From Octopus bimaculoides (Eukaryota): DNA of 64,000 nt. The stretch spans positions 22,640,142 through 22,704,141 of the forward strand of contig NC_069003.1 of NCBI RefSeq assembly GCF_001194135.2, in the 5' to 3' direction. Positions 52,255 to 64,000 of the stretch are shown in pieces; within the stretch, counting starts at the first letter, position 1, and the number at the start of each line of letters is the position of its first letter. The translations under genes were made by a program, and so were the position numbers. The notes beneath the pieces are model-generated. The model worked only from the letters and a program-made list of their open reading frames with translations. It ran no database searches and was not told where the DNA came from.

Positions 52255-52964
52255 ATCTCTCTCTCTATATATATATATACGTGCGCACACATGCACACAT
52301 ACACAAACACACAAGCACACCTACTGACTCAAAAGGAAGCCACATTTAGCTGTTCAAACTGGAATTTTGGTAGCACACCTATTTGAGCGATCAGAACACA
52401 TACCTGTTTGTTTGAGTCATCCTGACGAAAACTCCTCATATCCCTTATATGTGTATATATGTATAATATTGAAGAAATTGGAGTCAGCATGGAGTACACT
52501 TGGACAGTTATTTTTTAATCACTACGATTGTTTCCACGCAACGTGGTTCTCCAAAAATACAGGTATTTGATTATACAACTGTTTGTTTACATAATGAGAT
52601 CCAGTTGTGTTTTCTCAGGTGATATTCAAGTGTTGTCTCTGTTAGTTTAAAATCTTCAACTTCAAGGCCATCCCATCCGTCCAACTTGGTTTGAATTTTG
52701 TAGCAGTTGGTAGATTCATGTTGTTTGCTACCGGAGTGTGTTTGTTGGACTTCTGTGGTTATTTTGGTATTGGCTGGTTTCACATGCAAATTTTATTAGC
52801 TGACCTTCAGTATTCAGTGGTTGGATACATACACTCATGCACACACAGACTCGCACATACCCCCCCCCCCCCCTATGTATATATGTTTGCATATATACAT
52901 AGTCCACAACTATNNNNNNNNNNCCCCTATGTATATATGTTTGCATATATACATAGTCCACAAC

Positions 52965-53115
52965 TATTCAACATTCTGCCAACCTCAGAGATTTGCGAAG
53001 TGTAGATGTGGAGATCTTCAAAGAACATCTGAATAAATTTTTATCAGTGATATCAGATGACACCGCATGACAGCAAGAGGCACAAAGAAGAGGAGCTCCA
53101 TTGAACTTGCTACTT
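52965..53115 (+). pseudogene. CR1/L2-like LINE 3' end fragment
   Basis: FNILPT..RDLRSVDVEIFKEHLNKFLSVI.D. Confidence 0.55.
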
Positions 53116-53989
53116 CACCAGAAATAGTACAGAAGAGAAAAATAATCATACTGAAGGATGATAATCTAGCATGACCTCAGCCTCTGGCTAAAACCAGTAA
53201 AAGATAACACACACTCACACACACATATATATATATAGCTGAATTTACATGCTTGTTATTTCCTTGTGTATCCAGACATATTGATAATCTATTGATGATC
53301 CAATCTGCATTCATAGCAGATGTAAAAATGGAACATTTTCAATCATATAAGATAAATGGATTAATAAACAAATAAAAAATAGTTCGTAATGAGTACTAGT
53401 GTGTGTGTGTTTATGTGTGTGTACATATGTTTGGCTGCAGAAATTAGTGTTTGGTTGCCTGTGAGAAATTATTGTTTCATCCACTGTAGTGTCTAACTCT
53501 GTCCATTTATTACATCAATGGTTTCTCTTTTGATTGCTGCTTGAATTGTTAAAAGGAAGTGAAGAACTGTGACTGGGAATTTTAGTATTTTTTCTTCAGT
53601 CTTACCATTATCATCATCATCACCATTAATATCTCCATCATCTCTATCACTTTTTAATATAAGCCCCTCATTTTCTTTTTGCATATGCAAACCTTAAAAA
53701 GACAACCACTTTGCACTTACATTTTGCTTACATATATATGAATGTATTTATATATAACATAATAAATTTCAAAAATTAAAACAGAAACTGGACAAAGGAA
53801 TGAATAGAAAATTAATACACAGGACATACACACTCATTCCTCATCATTTACTATCCCCAAAAAATCATTCCGATTTCATGCCTTTAATGATAATGTTGTT
53901 CATTTTTGTTGGTATCAACAATGAAAAGTTGTTAGGAATAGTGAGTGAATGTTGATGATGAAAACAAACAGAACACATAAATGTGAGTT

Positions 53990-54030
<41 letters not shown>

Positions 54031-57000
54031 CCACAGAAAAACTGCTTGGTAGCCATCTTCAAAGCTTGTTTTATTTGAAATTGAAAAACAAGAAGCAATA
54101 AATAACTAAATGTTCTAAATGTCATAAAAAAAAAGAAAAAAAATTTTGTCAAATTTATAAGAAAGGTCTTATTCCAATTAACTTGCTAGGCTGCCATATT
54201 TTCATCATTACCTATTTAAAATGTCATTGTCAGGTCAGTCCAATTTCAAATCTGGTATATCTTTGCTCACCACCAATTAATTTTACTTCTAATCACAATA
54301 TTTATACCAATATTTTAGTTCATCTGTTTTCTCATTTGATCTTGTATGACATTTATTCAAAATATAGACAGACTACAAAGATGTTAGTACTCTTTTTACT
54401 TTCTATGTGTAAAAACCTCTTTCAGATTGACTATAAGCATGTTTTTTTTATTTACTTAAAATTTTTTTTTCTTGTTTGAGCTTCTGTTGCAGCATTTATC
54501 CTGGCTCCCGGAGCTCTGAGTTGAAACCCCATGATAAATAAAATTACCACCAAATATTGGGCTCAATATAATGAAATCATTTGAAATTGCTGGCCTTGTG
54601 TCTAAATTAGAAATTATAATTATTTTGTGTATTTTTATCTGATAAGATATTAATATAACAGTAATAATAATAATAATAATTTCTTATTTAGATCAAAGGA
54701 CAATTTTGAAGTGTTGTTAGAGTGTGTTGTGGTATTTGTTTCAGTGTCCTGTGCACTGACTTTTCAAATTTTGTTGAGCATTTGAATTTTACATTTGAAT
54801 CCTTTCATTGTTGATAAAAAAAAAAAATGTCCAGTGAAGGGCAGTAGATTGATGGAATTAGTCAAGGTATCTCATGGTATCTGTTCCAGATTTTTGTTTA
54901 CAGTTCAGATTTTGGCTAGGGATTCAAGTCCTGCAAGATGGCCATGTCTTGCCTTTATTCACTTAAAAAATGCCCAGATGGATTGTAACAGAGTACAGTG
55001 TTAGTATCTGTCAGCAACTTCAAAAGCCTCCCCTCATCTTAAAACAATTGATACACTAATTTTGAAGACCAAGCACTGTGAGGTTTGAACTTGTGCCTTT
55101 TTCTCTCCAAAAATGAGACTCACTAGTAAATGAGAATTTTTAGAAATATCCTTGACAATGAGGAAATGCAGCTGCCATTGTTGATTATTTGACCTTTTTG
55201 TGACCATATTTGTAACAAAAAGTACCATTTTCGAAAATAACACTTGAGTAACAATTTTTGTTTTTTCTTTGGTAAGTAAGTGTTATTTCCTATTTGCTTC
55301 CATCTGGAAATCAAAGAAAATGACTACTATTCCCTTCAAAATTTGCTTTTATCACCTGGGCATCAATGTTTTGAAACTGATCCTATTTTCCATTACATCT
55401 CAGACAGATTCAGTGCTGAGTTGCTGAAGCAGAAATCTTGTTATAGCAAATATTCTGCTCAATACCACAGATTCGCTTGTCACTTGCTTGACCTTAACCA
55501 CTTGAGCATGTTGCTTAGTGGCTGACAATACGTGCTTCTCTGATGATGAGCAGGAATAGTTGGGGAGCATCATAGCCATGTGTAGAGATGGATTCTTTGG
55601 GGTTTGAATAACTGTAACAAAAGCAAAGTTTAAATGAAATATTAGTCATTTTTCATAGTTTCTAGGGGTAAGCAAATAAGAAATAACAGTTGCTACCCAG
55701 GGACAAAATTGTATTATACAGTGTAATCAAGAATGTAGAGGAATATAATAAAATAACGTTTTCATTATTAAATTGATATTTAGAATGTAACTGAAAGAAA
55801 GTTTCTTACATATTGGAATGTTTTCAATTTAGGTGTGAATACTTGAAAACAAGCAAGCAGTTCTGTGAACCCATGGTGAACTCAAGCAAGTTTGCATCAG
55901 AAGGGCTTTGCTAAATATTTTTTGACTCCTATTCCTTGTTTGAAATGTAAAACTCATTATAATGGTATTAAAAGTATAGAAAACAATGAAAATTGTCAAG
56001 TGGGAAGAGGTGTTATCTCTCATTTTGGCCAGAGCTCTTCATTCAAGAATAATTCTTGAGAAATACTTTTCCAAAACCATTAATCTTTTTTCCCTCTCCT
56101 AACAGCAAACCCAGATGCTTCTACATAGCTGCTCACCCTGCTTGCAATAGCAGTCAAGACTCTCTTTCAGATCATCCCTTTCCTTCTTATAAAAAAACAA
56201 AACAAATTGGAAAATATAGTTAAATTATGCATAAAAAAGTCAGATTAAGGCTGTAGTGCTTTGACAATAAATATGAATGGTCAAGGTTGGCCATGGTCTA
56301 AATAACTACCTTCTTTTCACCAGTCCTATATCACACTTTTTGACCCAAATCACTATTAACTCGTGTCTCAAATCCTTGTTTTTATAATTGTTGTTATTGT
56401 GCGTGTTGAGTAAACCTAAAATCACTATGACAGAGGATGGTTATGGATTCCAGGCATAACCATCCTCTGTCATTTTTGTATATCTATCTTGGATTACATT
56501 ATCTAATGTGCCCTTTCATTTTTAAAGCAACAAGGTCTGATTTCAGAAGAGTCCAATATCAACAGCAGTTCTAGTGTTAGGACAGAAATTCCAGTTGAAG
56601 CATTATTTTTCTGTTGGTGTGAACTTAACTGTGATCTTTTACACTTCCTTACAATCTAAAAGATTGCTGTTGTCATGCAAAAAAAACAAAAAAAAACAAA
56701 ACAAAAACAAAACCTTTTCATACAGAGAGAAGTATTCTAAAAATTTTTTCATTTTCACTTTTTAACCTAGTAGGGTTGGTGGTTATGAAAATAATGACAT
56801 TTTGGATGTGAGACAAGGGTGAATGAACTATTGCAAGTGACATACATACTTATTACTTAATGAATCAATTGACATTTCAATAATAATAATAATTATTATT
56901 ATTTCTACTCTAGGCAAAAGGCCTTGAAAATTTTTGGGGAAGGGAGATAGTCAGTTACATTGACTCCAGTGCATAACTGGTACTTATCTTATTGAACCTG

Positions 57001-57462
57001 AAAGGATGAAAAGCAATGTTGACCTTGGCAGGATTTGAACTCTGAATGTCAAGACAGATGAAATGCTGCTAAGCATTTTGCCCAGGATATGAACAGTTCT
57101 GTCAGCTTGCTGGCTTAACAATAATAATCATAAAAGTAATAATTATATTTTCTATTGTAGGCACAAGGCCTGAAATTTTGGGGAAGGGGGCTAGTTGATT
57201 ACATCGACTCTAGTATTTAACTGGTACTTATTTCATTGGACCCAAAATGATGAAAGGTAAAGTTGATGTTGGTTTAAGACTGAAACTCCCTATGATTTGC
57301 TGTTGCTTTTGCTCTTTTGGACTTTCTATGCAGAAAGCTTTTAGATGGATTTGATTTCTACATACACAACTGTTGGGTCATCTGCCTTAGCTTTAAGGTC
57401 TTCCTTTCAACACCCTCTACAGGACACAGTTCTGGTATTGTTTTTGTAGTTTGACTTTGTAG

Positions 57463-57652
57463 GGAAAATGAAAACTTGTATGTCCATGGTAATTCTACCC
57501 GACCACATATCACTAAAGATTACATCTGCACAGACTGCTTGCCCATACTGTGCCAAAAGGTGATGCCTGGCCAGGAATTGATGCTATCACCAATATCCCA
57601 GATAATGACCCTTGTGTTTCTCCTTCTCAAAAACTGTGAAACCAGTTTATGG
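57463..57652 (+). CDS. Candidate plus-strand exon (ENENLYVHGNSTRPH...CETSLW)
   Basis: 63 open codons between ttgactttgtag and TGG|gtaagt; could instead be a TE remnant. Confidence 0.25.
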
Positions 57653-58145
57653 GTAAGTTATATACTTTTTGGGCTTGGGTTTTTTCAAGTCCTCTGTTTT
57701 AAAAATGACACATATAATACCATTTGTCCTCCCTCTTCTAACAAAGGAAATATTACTTAAAATGTTTGCTAGGATTGTCTCCATTTTGAGTTTGATGAGA
57801 TCAGAAATCATGTTGTGTCATTCATGAGACAGAGGTACATTATTCTTACTCCTCTCCCAGGCCTCTGCAATTAACTTGTGGAAGGCTCGACCACTTTGGT
57901 GTACAAGCTGTTGCCAAGCCTTTGATCTCTTATGAAAATATTTCATATTGAGAGTTTTCCGGTGGACAAAATATTAGCAAAAGTCAGTGTATTGTTGTTC
58001 ATCTTGATACCAGAAACAATATGTGTATGCATACTGTTATTGTTGTTGAGTTAAAATGTATTCTGTCTGTCTGCACATATTAATATTTTGTGTTACTGTT
58101 AAATTAGCATTCTGGGTTTTTTTTTTGGTGTTGTTTTCTATTGAG

Positions 58146-58180
<35 letters not shown>

Positions 58181-58270
58181 NNNNNNNNNNNNNNNNNNNN
58201 NNNNNNNNNNNNNNNNNNNNNNNNNNNNNNNNNNNNNNNNNNNNNNNNNNNNNNNNNNNNNNNNNNNNNN

Positions 58271-59431
58271 CAAGGTGTATTCCAGAAGTATTGAGACAGC
58301 GAGCTGGCAGAAACGTTAGCACGCTGGGCAAAATGCTTAGCGGTATTTCGTCTGCCACTATGTTCTGAGTTCAAATTCTGCCGAGGTCGACTTTGCCTTT
58401 CATCCTTTCAAGGTCAATAAATTAAGTACCAGCTACGCACTGTGGTCGATGTAATCAACTTAATCCCTTGTTTGTCTCCTCTATGTTTAGCCCCTTGTGG
58501 GCAGTAAAGAAATAAGAAGTATTGAGACGTTTGCAGAATTGACACTTATTTATTTTAAAGATGTACAAAACCCTATTTTTTTTTTTTGCAAAGTAGGATC
58601 CTCTGACTTCAATGCATTTGTTGTAATACTTCAGCCACTTTGTGAAGGCCCTATGGAAATCCTCCAAAATGAAGATTCCAGGTCCCTCGTCACAGCCTCC
58701 TTCATCTTCAAAATGACTGCCCCTGTCGTTCTTCAGCTCGGAGAACAATCAAAAGTCACAGGGAGGAAGGCCTGGACTGTAGGGAGGATGAGGGACAGTT
58801 TTGATGCCTGTCTCTGTTAAGTAGTTGGTTGCCAGGATGGAATTGTGGACTGGTGCATTGTCCTGATGCAGGTGCCACTGACCTGAATGGAAGAGCTCTG
58901 ACCTTTTGTGCTGAAGTCTTTTCCTGAACCCTCTCAAAACCGCCACACAGCACCATTTGTCAACTGTCTGACTAGAAGGAACCCAGTGGACATAAGTGAT
59001 GCTCTCGCCATAAAAAAAAGGGGATCATTGTGAGCTTCTCAATGTACTTACTTTGGCTGGCCTCTTGTGCCAGCAAAAAAAAACAGATGCTTGACTCATA
59101 AGAGCTAATCCATAAGCAGTTTGGAGCATTTCATAAGTTTCTTTAGCCTTTTTGCTCTATTTAATACAAAACCTTATTGCCATAGTGAGTTTCCATATTG
59201 TTTCCACATCCAGATTGCGTTCTGCAAACTAGTCAGCTGTGACAAGCAGTGTTTAGCAGGATGTGTTCAAAGTGTTGTTACAGCCATCTCCTTCAATCTG
59301 GAACATCAAAAGTTGGCAGGTCAGCTTATTAAATGTATAGTAATGATATATTGAGATTACAATAATCTAGGATAGTTATAACTGCTTTTCCTAAAAAAGA
59401 AAATGTCACAAATCTTCTGGAATGCACCTCG
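58271..59431 (-). mobile_element. Mariner (DD34D-type) transposon, internally deleted, with SINE in one TIR
   Basis: N-terminal AIRFCIK*SKKAKETYEMLQTAYG; WHLHQDNAPVH...HPPYSP..PCDF; C-terminal F.KW...YNKCIEVRGSYF; ~31-bp imperfect TIRs, TA at 59432-59433. Confidence 0.9.
58298..58514 (+). mobile_element. SINE family C copy with 14-bp TSD
   Basis: gcgagctggcagaaacgttagcacgctgggcaaaatgcttagcgg...gcctttcatcctttc...aagtaccag; TSD agaagtattgagac. Other copies near 19530, 31245, 35775, 41805, 42055, 45590(-), 45862, 49165, 56900(-) and 57150(-). Confidence 0.9.
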
Positions 59432-61675
59432 TAAATAATTTGAACTACAGAAGTTATTGAGCACTTACTCTTTAATTTTATAAATGAAACTGTTATTAAG
59501 ACTTTATATTCTGAATTTCAGTTTGTATTTTCCACATTTATTTAAATGTAGTATTTCTTCTCTTCATTTTAAAATTTACTTTGCACTCAGTTACATCTCA
59601 TGACACCCTATTTATACACAACAGAGCAGGTTGAGAATTAATGCCTTGGCTATGCTGTTTATATTTCTATCTTTCCTAAATAAAGTAACATGCACATACA
59701 GAGGTTGATTTAGTTGACCACTATATTTCTTACAAAATGGGTTTTGATTTTAGATAACAAAAATTAATGTTGTTGCTTAACCCGCAACAGAACAATGACC
59801 GAGTAGATTTGTGATCAAAGGTGTTCCTGCACTTATAATGGCTTCTTTTTTTTTCTTTCATCTAATCAAGACTTATGTTATTTATTGTATCCTTCCTGTT
59901 TTTATAGACATTAGGGTGTGTTTTGAAAGAGGATTAACTGTAACCACATACAGGACAATTTGTTTGCATGTCCCCCCCTCCAAAAAATGCACCCCCCCCC
60001 CTATATTATGTCTCTAGTTTTCTCAATAGAAATTACTAAATGTTTAGTCATTAAAGTTTTATCCACCCATTAAAGATATTATCTGCCCTGATTTGGTGTA
60101 ACATTTATAGGCAATGATAATTCCTTTTTTTTTTTATATTAGGTTAATTTATATAAGGGGGTAGTTATAATCATGGAAATGAACTCTGATGATTAGTCTT
60201 TTATTTATCCCAGACACTGGTGCAGATTGAGTCAATTGCTTAACACTTTGGCTATCATAGGTATCCATTAATGGGGGATAAGACTTTACTGATTTGAGTG
60301 TTGTAGTGGCCAACAGTTGATTGTATCAATCCCAGTATTTGACTGTTATATATTTTATTAACTTCAGAAGAATGAATGTCAACTTCTGTTAGATTCAAAC
60401 TTGGGACATAAAGAGCTGCTACTAAATACTGCAAATGTATTTATTTTGTCTGATGCTGCAACAAGTCTGCCAAAGCACCATCTTATCAATGTTACCAGTA
60501 CCTAATTTAAAATTGTGTTGCCACGTAAAAAGCATCCAGTAAAGTGGTTGGTGTTAGGAAGGGCATCCAAACATAGAAACTATGCCAAAACCGACTATAG
60601 GACCTGGTGTGGTTCCAGGCCTTGCCAGCTCCTGTCAAACTGTTCAATGCATTCCAGTATGGAAAAGAAGACTTTAAATGATGATGATGATGATGATGAT
60701 AAGAAAAAACAAGTGAAGTCAGAACCAGTAGGATTTGAACTCAGAACTAAATACTCGGATACAATTACATCTTCAGTATCCTACCATGTTAGGCTTCTTA
60801 CAACCACCCTCATAGTCAATGACTTTTTATTTTATCTTTTGTCTTTGGCTTGTTAACAGTCATTAGACTGCAGCCATGCTGGGGCACCACCTTCAAGAAT
60901 TTTAGTTGAATGAATTGACCCCACTATGTATTTTATTTTGTCAGGTCTTTTGCTGAACTGCTAAGTTATGTAAACACACTAACACTGGTTGTCAAAGCGG
61001 TGGTGGGGTACAGACAGATAGACAGACACACACACACACACATACACAACAAACTTCTTTCAGTTTGTGTCTATCAAATCTAATCACAAGGCTTTGGTCA
61101 GCCTAAAACTATAGCAGAAAACACTTGCACAAAGTGCCATGCAGTGGAACTGAACCTGGAACCATGGGATTGGGAAGCAATCTTCTTACCATATATCCAT
61201 GCCTATGCCTATGTTATCGTTAATTTTTTTTTTTCATATTGTAGATACCCTTTTTTCGTTCAATGTGCTTTTAGTGTGAAGCTTTATATTACTACCAATC
61301 ACTTTTTATTAGTATAGTGTTTTTACACAGTGTCGTGGAGTGGCATCTGTATAAAATCATTTGACAGCAGAGAGATATAGACTGTATCAGGCATTTGTAT
61401 TATATAAAATAGTTCAGCACTGATAACATAACATTAGGATTGATTTAATCATACTAACCCAATTACCGTAATTGTTTCCTTGTCACTTGAGACATAGCAT
61501 TGTCTTTGCACACTGCATGGTAGGCTGGCAGGCACAGCTATATATATGTAGCTGTAAATTCTCACTGAACTAAACCTAGTCTCTGACATGGTTTAAAATG
61601 CAAAGGAAATATAATAATTTCACTTCACCGTTTATATCATTGATGCCATTGAAAATTCATGCATGTCACAATTAC

Positions 61676-61714
<39 letters not shown>

Positions 61715-62748
61715 NNNNNNNNNNNNNNNNNNNNNNNNNNNNNNNNNNNNNNNNNNNNNNNNNNNNNNNNNNNNNNNNNNNNNNNNNNNNNNNNNNNNNN
61801 NNNNNNNNNNNNNNNNNNNNNNNNNNNNNNNNNNNNNNNNNNNNNNNNNNNNNNNNNNNNNNNNNNNNNNNNNNNNNNNNNNNNNNNNNNNNNNNNNNNN
61901 NNNNNNNNNNNNNNNNNNNNNNNNNNNNNNNNNNNNNNNNNNNNNNNNNNNNNNNNNNNNNNNNNNNNNNNNNNNNNNNNNNNNNNNNNNNNNNNNNNNN
62001 NNNNNNNNNNNNNNNNNNNNNNNNNNNNNNNNNNNNNNNNNNNNNNNNNNNNNNNNNNNNNNNNNNNNNNNNNNNNNNNNNNNNNNNNNNNNNNNNNNNN
62101 NNNNNNNNNNNNNNNNNNNNNNNNNNNNNNNNNNNNNNNNNNNNNNNNNNNNNNNNNNNNNNNNNNNNNNNNNNNNNNNNNNNNNNNNNNNNNNNNNNNN
62201 NNNNNNNNNNNNNNNNNNNNNNNNNNNNNNNNNNNNNNNNNNNNNNNNNNNNNNNNNNNNNNNNNNNNNNNNNNNNNNNNNNNNNNNNNNNNNNNNNNNN
62301 NNNNNNNNNATATATACACAAAGATTTTTTTACTTTCTCTAAACATTTTAGTGTTTGTACTTGTATAAGGATACACACTAAAATCTTTATGTAATTTTGT
62401 TTTGTTTGTTTTTGTTTTTTCTTTTTTTTTTTTGGTAGGGAGATTAGTAAAAATGACTTTGCATAATGCATATGATATTGGACAATGGTATCAGATTCAA
62501 AATTATTGAGTTTAAATTTCATGGTAGGCATTTTGTCATGTATCAGTATAATAAGGCTTAACCCATTGGCATTCGGATTATTTTGTCAAATGTAATACTC
62601 ATTAAAAGAAAAAAAAAATCTTTATTTTATTTGCACATTTAAATACTAAGAAACAAGAGAGATAAGAAAGGAAAGAAAAAAGAAAAGGAAAAGATGGGAG
62701 TGGTTGTAAAGCAGCAGAAGATTGGCGGGGAGAGGGTAATGTGTCCCC

Positions 62749-62930
62749 TATCCCAGAGGAAATCGTGTGCTCAGTTGCACCCCATGGTAAAAACATGATT
62801 GGGCCACATATCCTAGAGGAAATGGTGTGCTCGGCTGTGCCCAGTGGTAACTACCGTGATTAAGCCACCTATCCCAGAGGAAATGGTGTGCTCAGCTGTG
62901 CCCTGCAGTAACAGCCATGATGGCGTTGCC
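62749..62930. repeat. Degenerate 60-61-bp minisatellite x3
   Basis: tatcc(c/t)agaggaaat(c/g)gtgtgctc... starting at 62749, 62809 and 62870. Confidence 0.9.
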
Positions 62931-64000
62931 ATGAAGAATGACCAGTGACATTCACTGCAGCAGTCATTCCTCCCTGTGAGGCTCATTTCTACTTTGTGAT
63001 GGAAATTGGTAATACGGGGTCCGAGAAAACCTGACTTCATAACTTATTTATTCACATTGTTTTGAATTTATCATACAGCTATCTTGTAGCTTTGAGATTT
63101 CAGTGAGATGATTGTATATTTTTAGAATGACATTGCAGGGTAGGTGCAAGGAGCCAACTCTAGCCAGTTTGAACATAAAACAAGTAGAATATTTGGGCCA
63201 TTTATGGCTGGTTTAAATGCTAAGGGTTAATTCTACATGACCCAGTTAAACTAGCTTAACGGAATTAGGAATAAATACCAGATGATCAGAGAATGTTATT
63301 GACCCCCCAGTGCAGCATGTTATCAAAGGAAACATTGCATCTGTTATTTGCTTACAGCTATCAAAAGAAAAGCCAAACACCAACTTTTGAAAATTCCTCA
63401 GGATTTAGGCAACTTTATATCACATTTTATATAGGGTTACTGTAATTTTCAGGAAGCCAAGGGGGAAGTTTCTATGTGGATGATCAATCTACTAGAAATA
63501 ACAGCCAAATTTCTTCAAATCACACACTCCTGTCTTTCAAGAACAAAAGCCACATTGAATGATGTAATTACAGTTTAACAAATGGAAGGGATGTTCACTT
63601 TGGATTGGGGTGAAATGATGACAACAACAAAAGCAGCAAGAGTATTTTCTAAGCAGGTTTAAAATTAACATTATTGTAATTTTTAATTAGTCATTGAAGG
63701 AACCTGTATGTGGTTGTTCCACTTGCAAGAAATAGCAGCCAAATCTCCTTCCAATCACACTCTACAGTCTTAAGAAAGAAGGTCACTTTGGGTATTGTGA
63801 TCCTAAATGCACTATGCTTCAGAAGAAGATGGGTTAGCCATGACTGGAATGCCTTTGATGATAGTCTTACTGAACCAAGACTTGGAACTAAATAATAACA
63901 GGGCTCTAATAGTTCCATTCAATTGGTTTTACAGTCACTGTATTGAAGCTACAAATCAACCCTCATTAGTGTTGGTCACTTTCTGTAGTTACCTTTTCTT

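Noticed and set aside
52870-52967. 44-bp direct repeat
   Set aside because: Identical copies on either side of a 10-N gap; assembly artefact.
62749-62930. CRISPR-like repeat-spacer pattern
   Set aside because: The spacer-like halves are homologous to each other, there are only three units, there are no cas genes, and the context is eukaryotic.

Overview
AT-rich, microsatellite- and transposon-dense animal DNA with N gaps. The tRNA-derived SINE families, (AT)n/(AC)n load and TTAGGG-type motifs suggest an octopod cephalopod (inference). Most of the supplied ORFs are microsatellite or gap noise. By hand I could chain 18 small minus-strand exons (35031 down to 5504; 14-110 nt; all GT-AG; no stops; phases compatible) into a ~315-aa open frame with no domain I recognise. 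It appears to start at a CpG-containing promoter near 35.5-35.7 kb with NRF1-, ETS- and YY1-like motifs arranged as a quasi-palindrome, probably bidirectional. The right half (36-64 kb) has only scattered exon candidates, and their strand is unresolved. The rest is relics of RTE, CR1-like, R4/Dong-like (RLE) and Penelope retroelements, an internally deleted mariner, piggyBac- and Tc1/mariner-type MITEs, foldback elements and at least three SINE families, often nested. I found no CRISPR array, rRNA, intact tRNA gene or intact autonomous transposon, and no clearly novel system. The best leads are the unannotated microexon-rich gene and its promoter.
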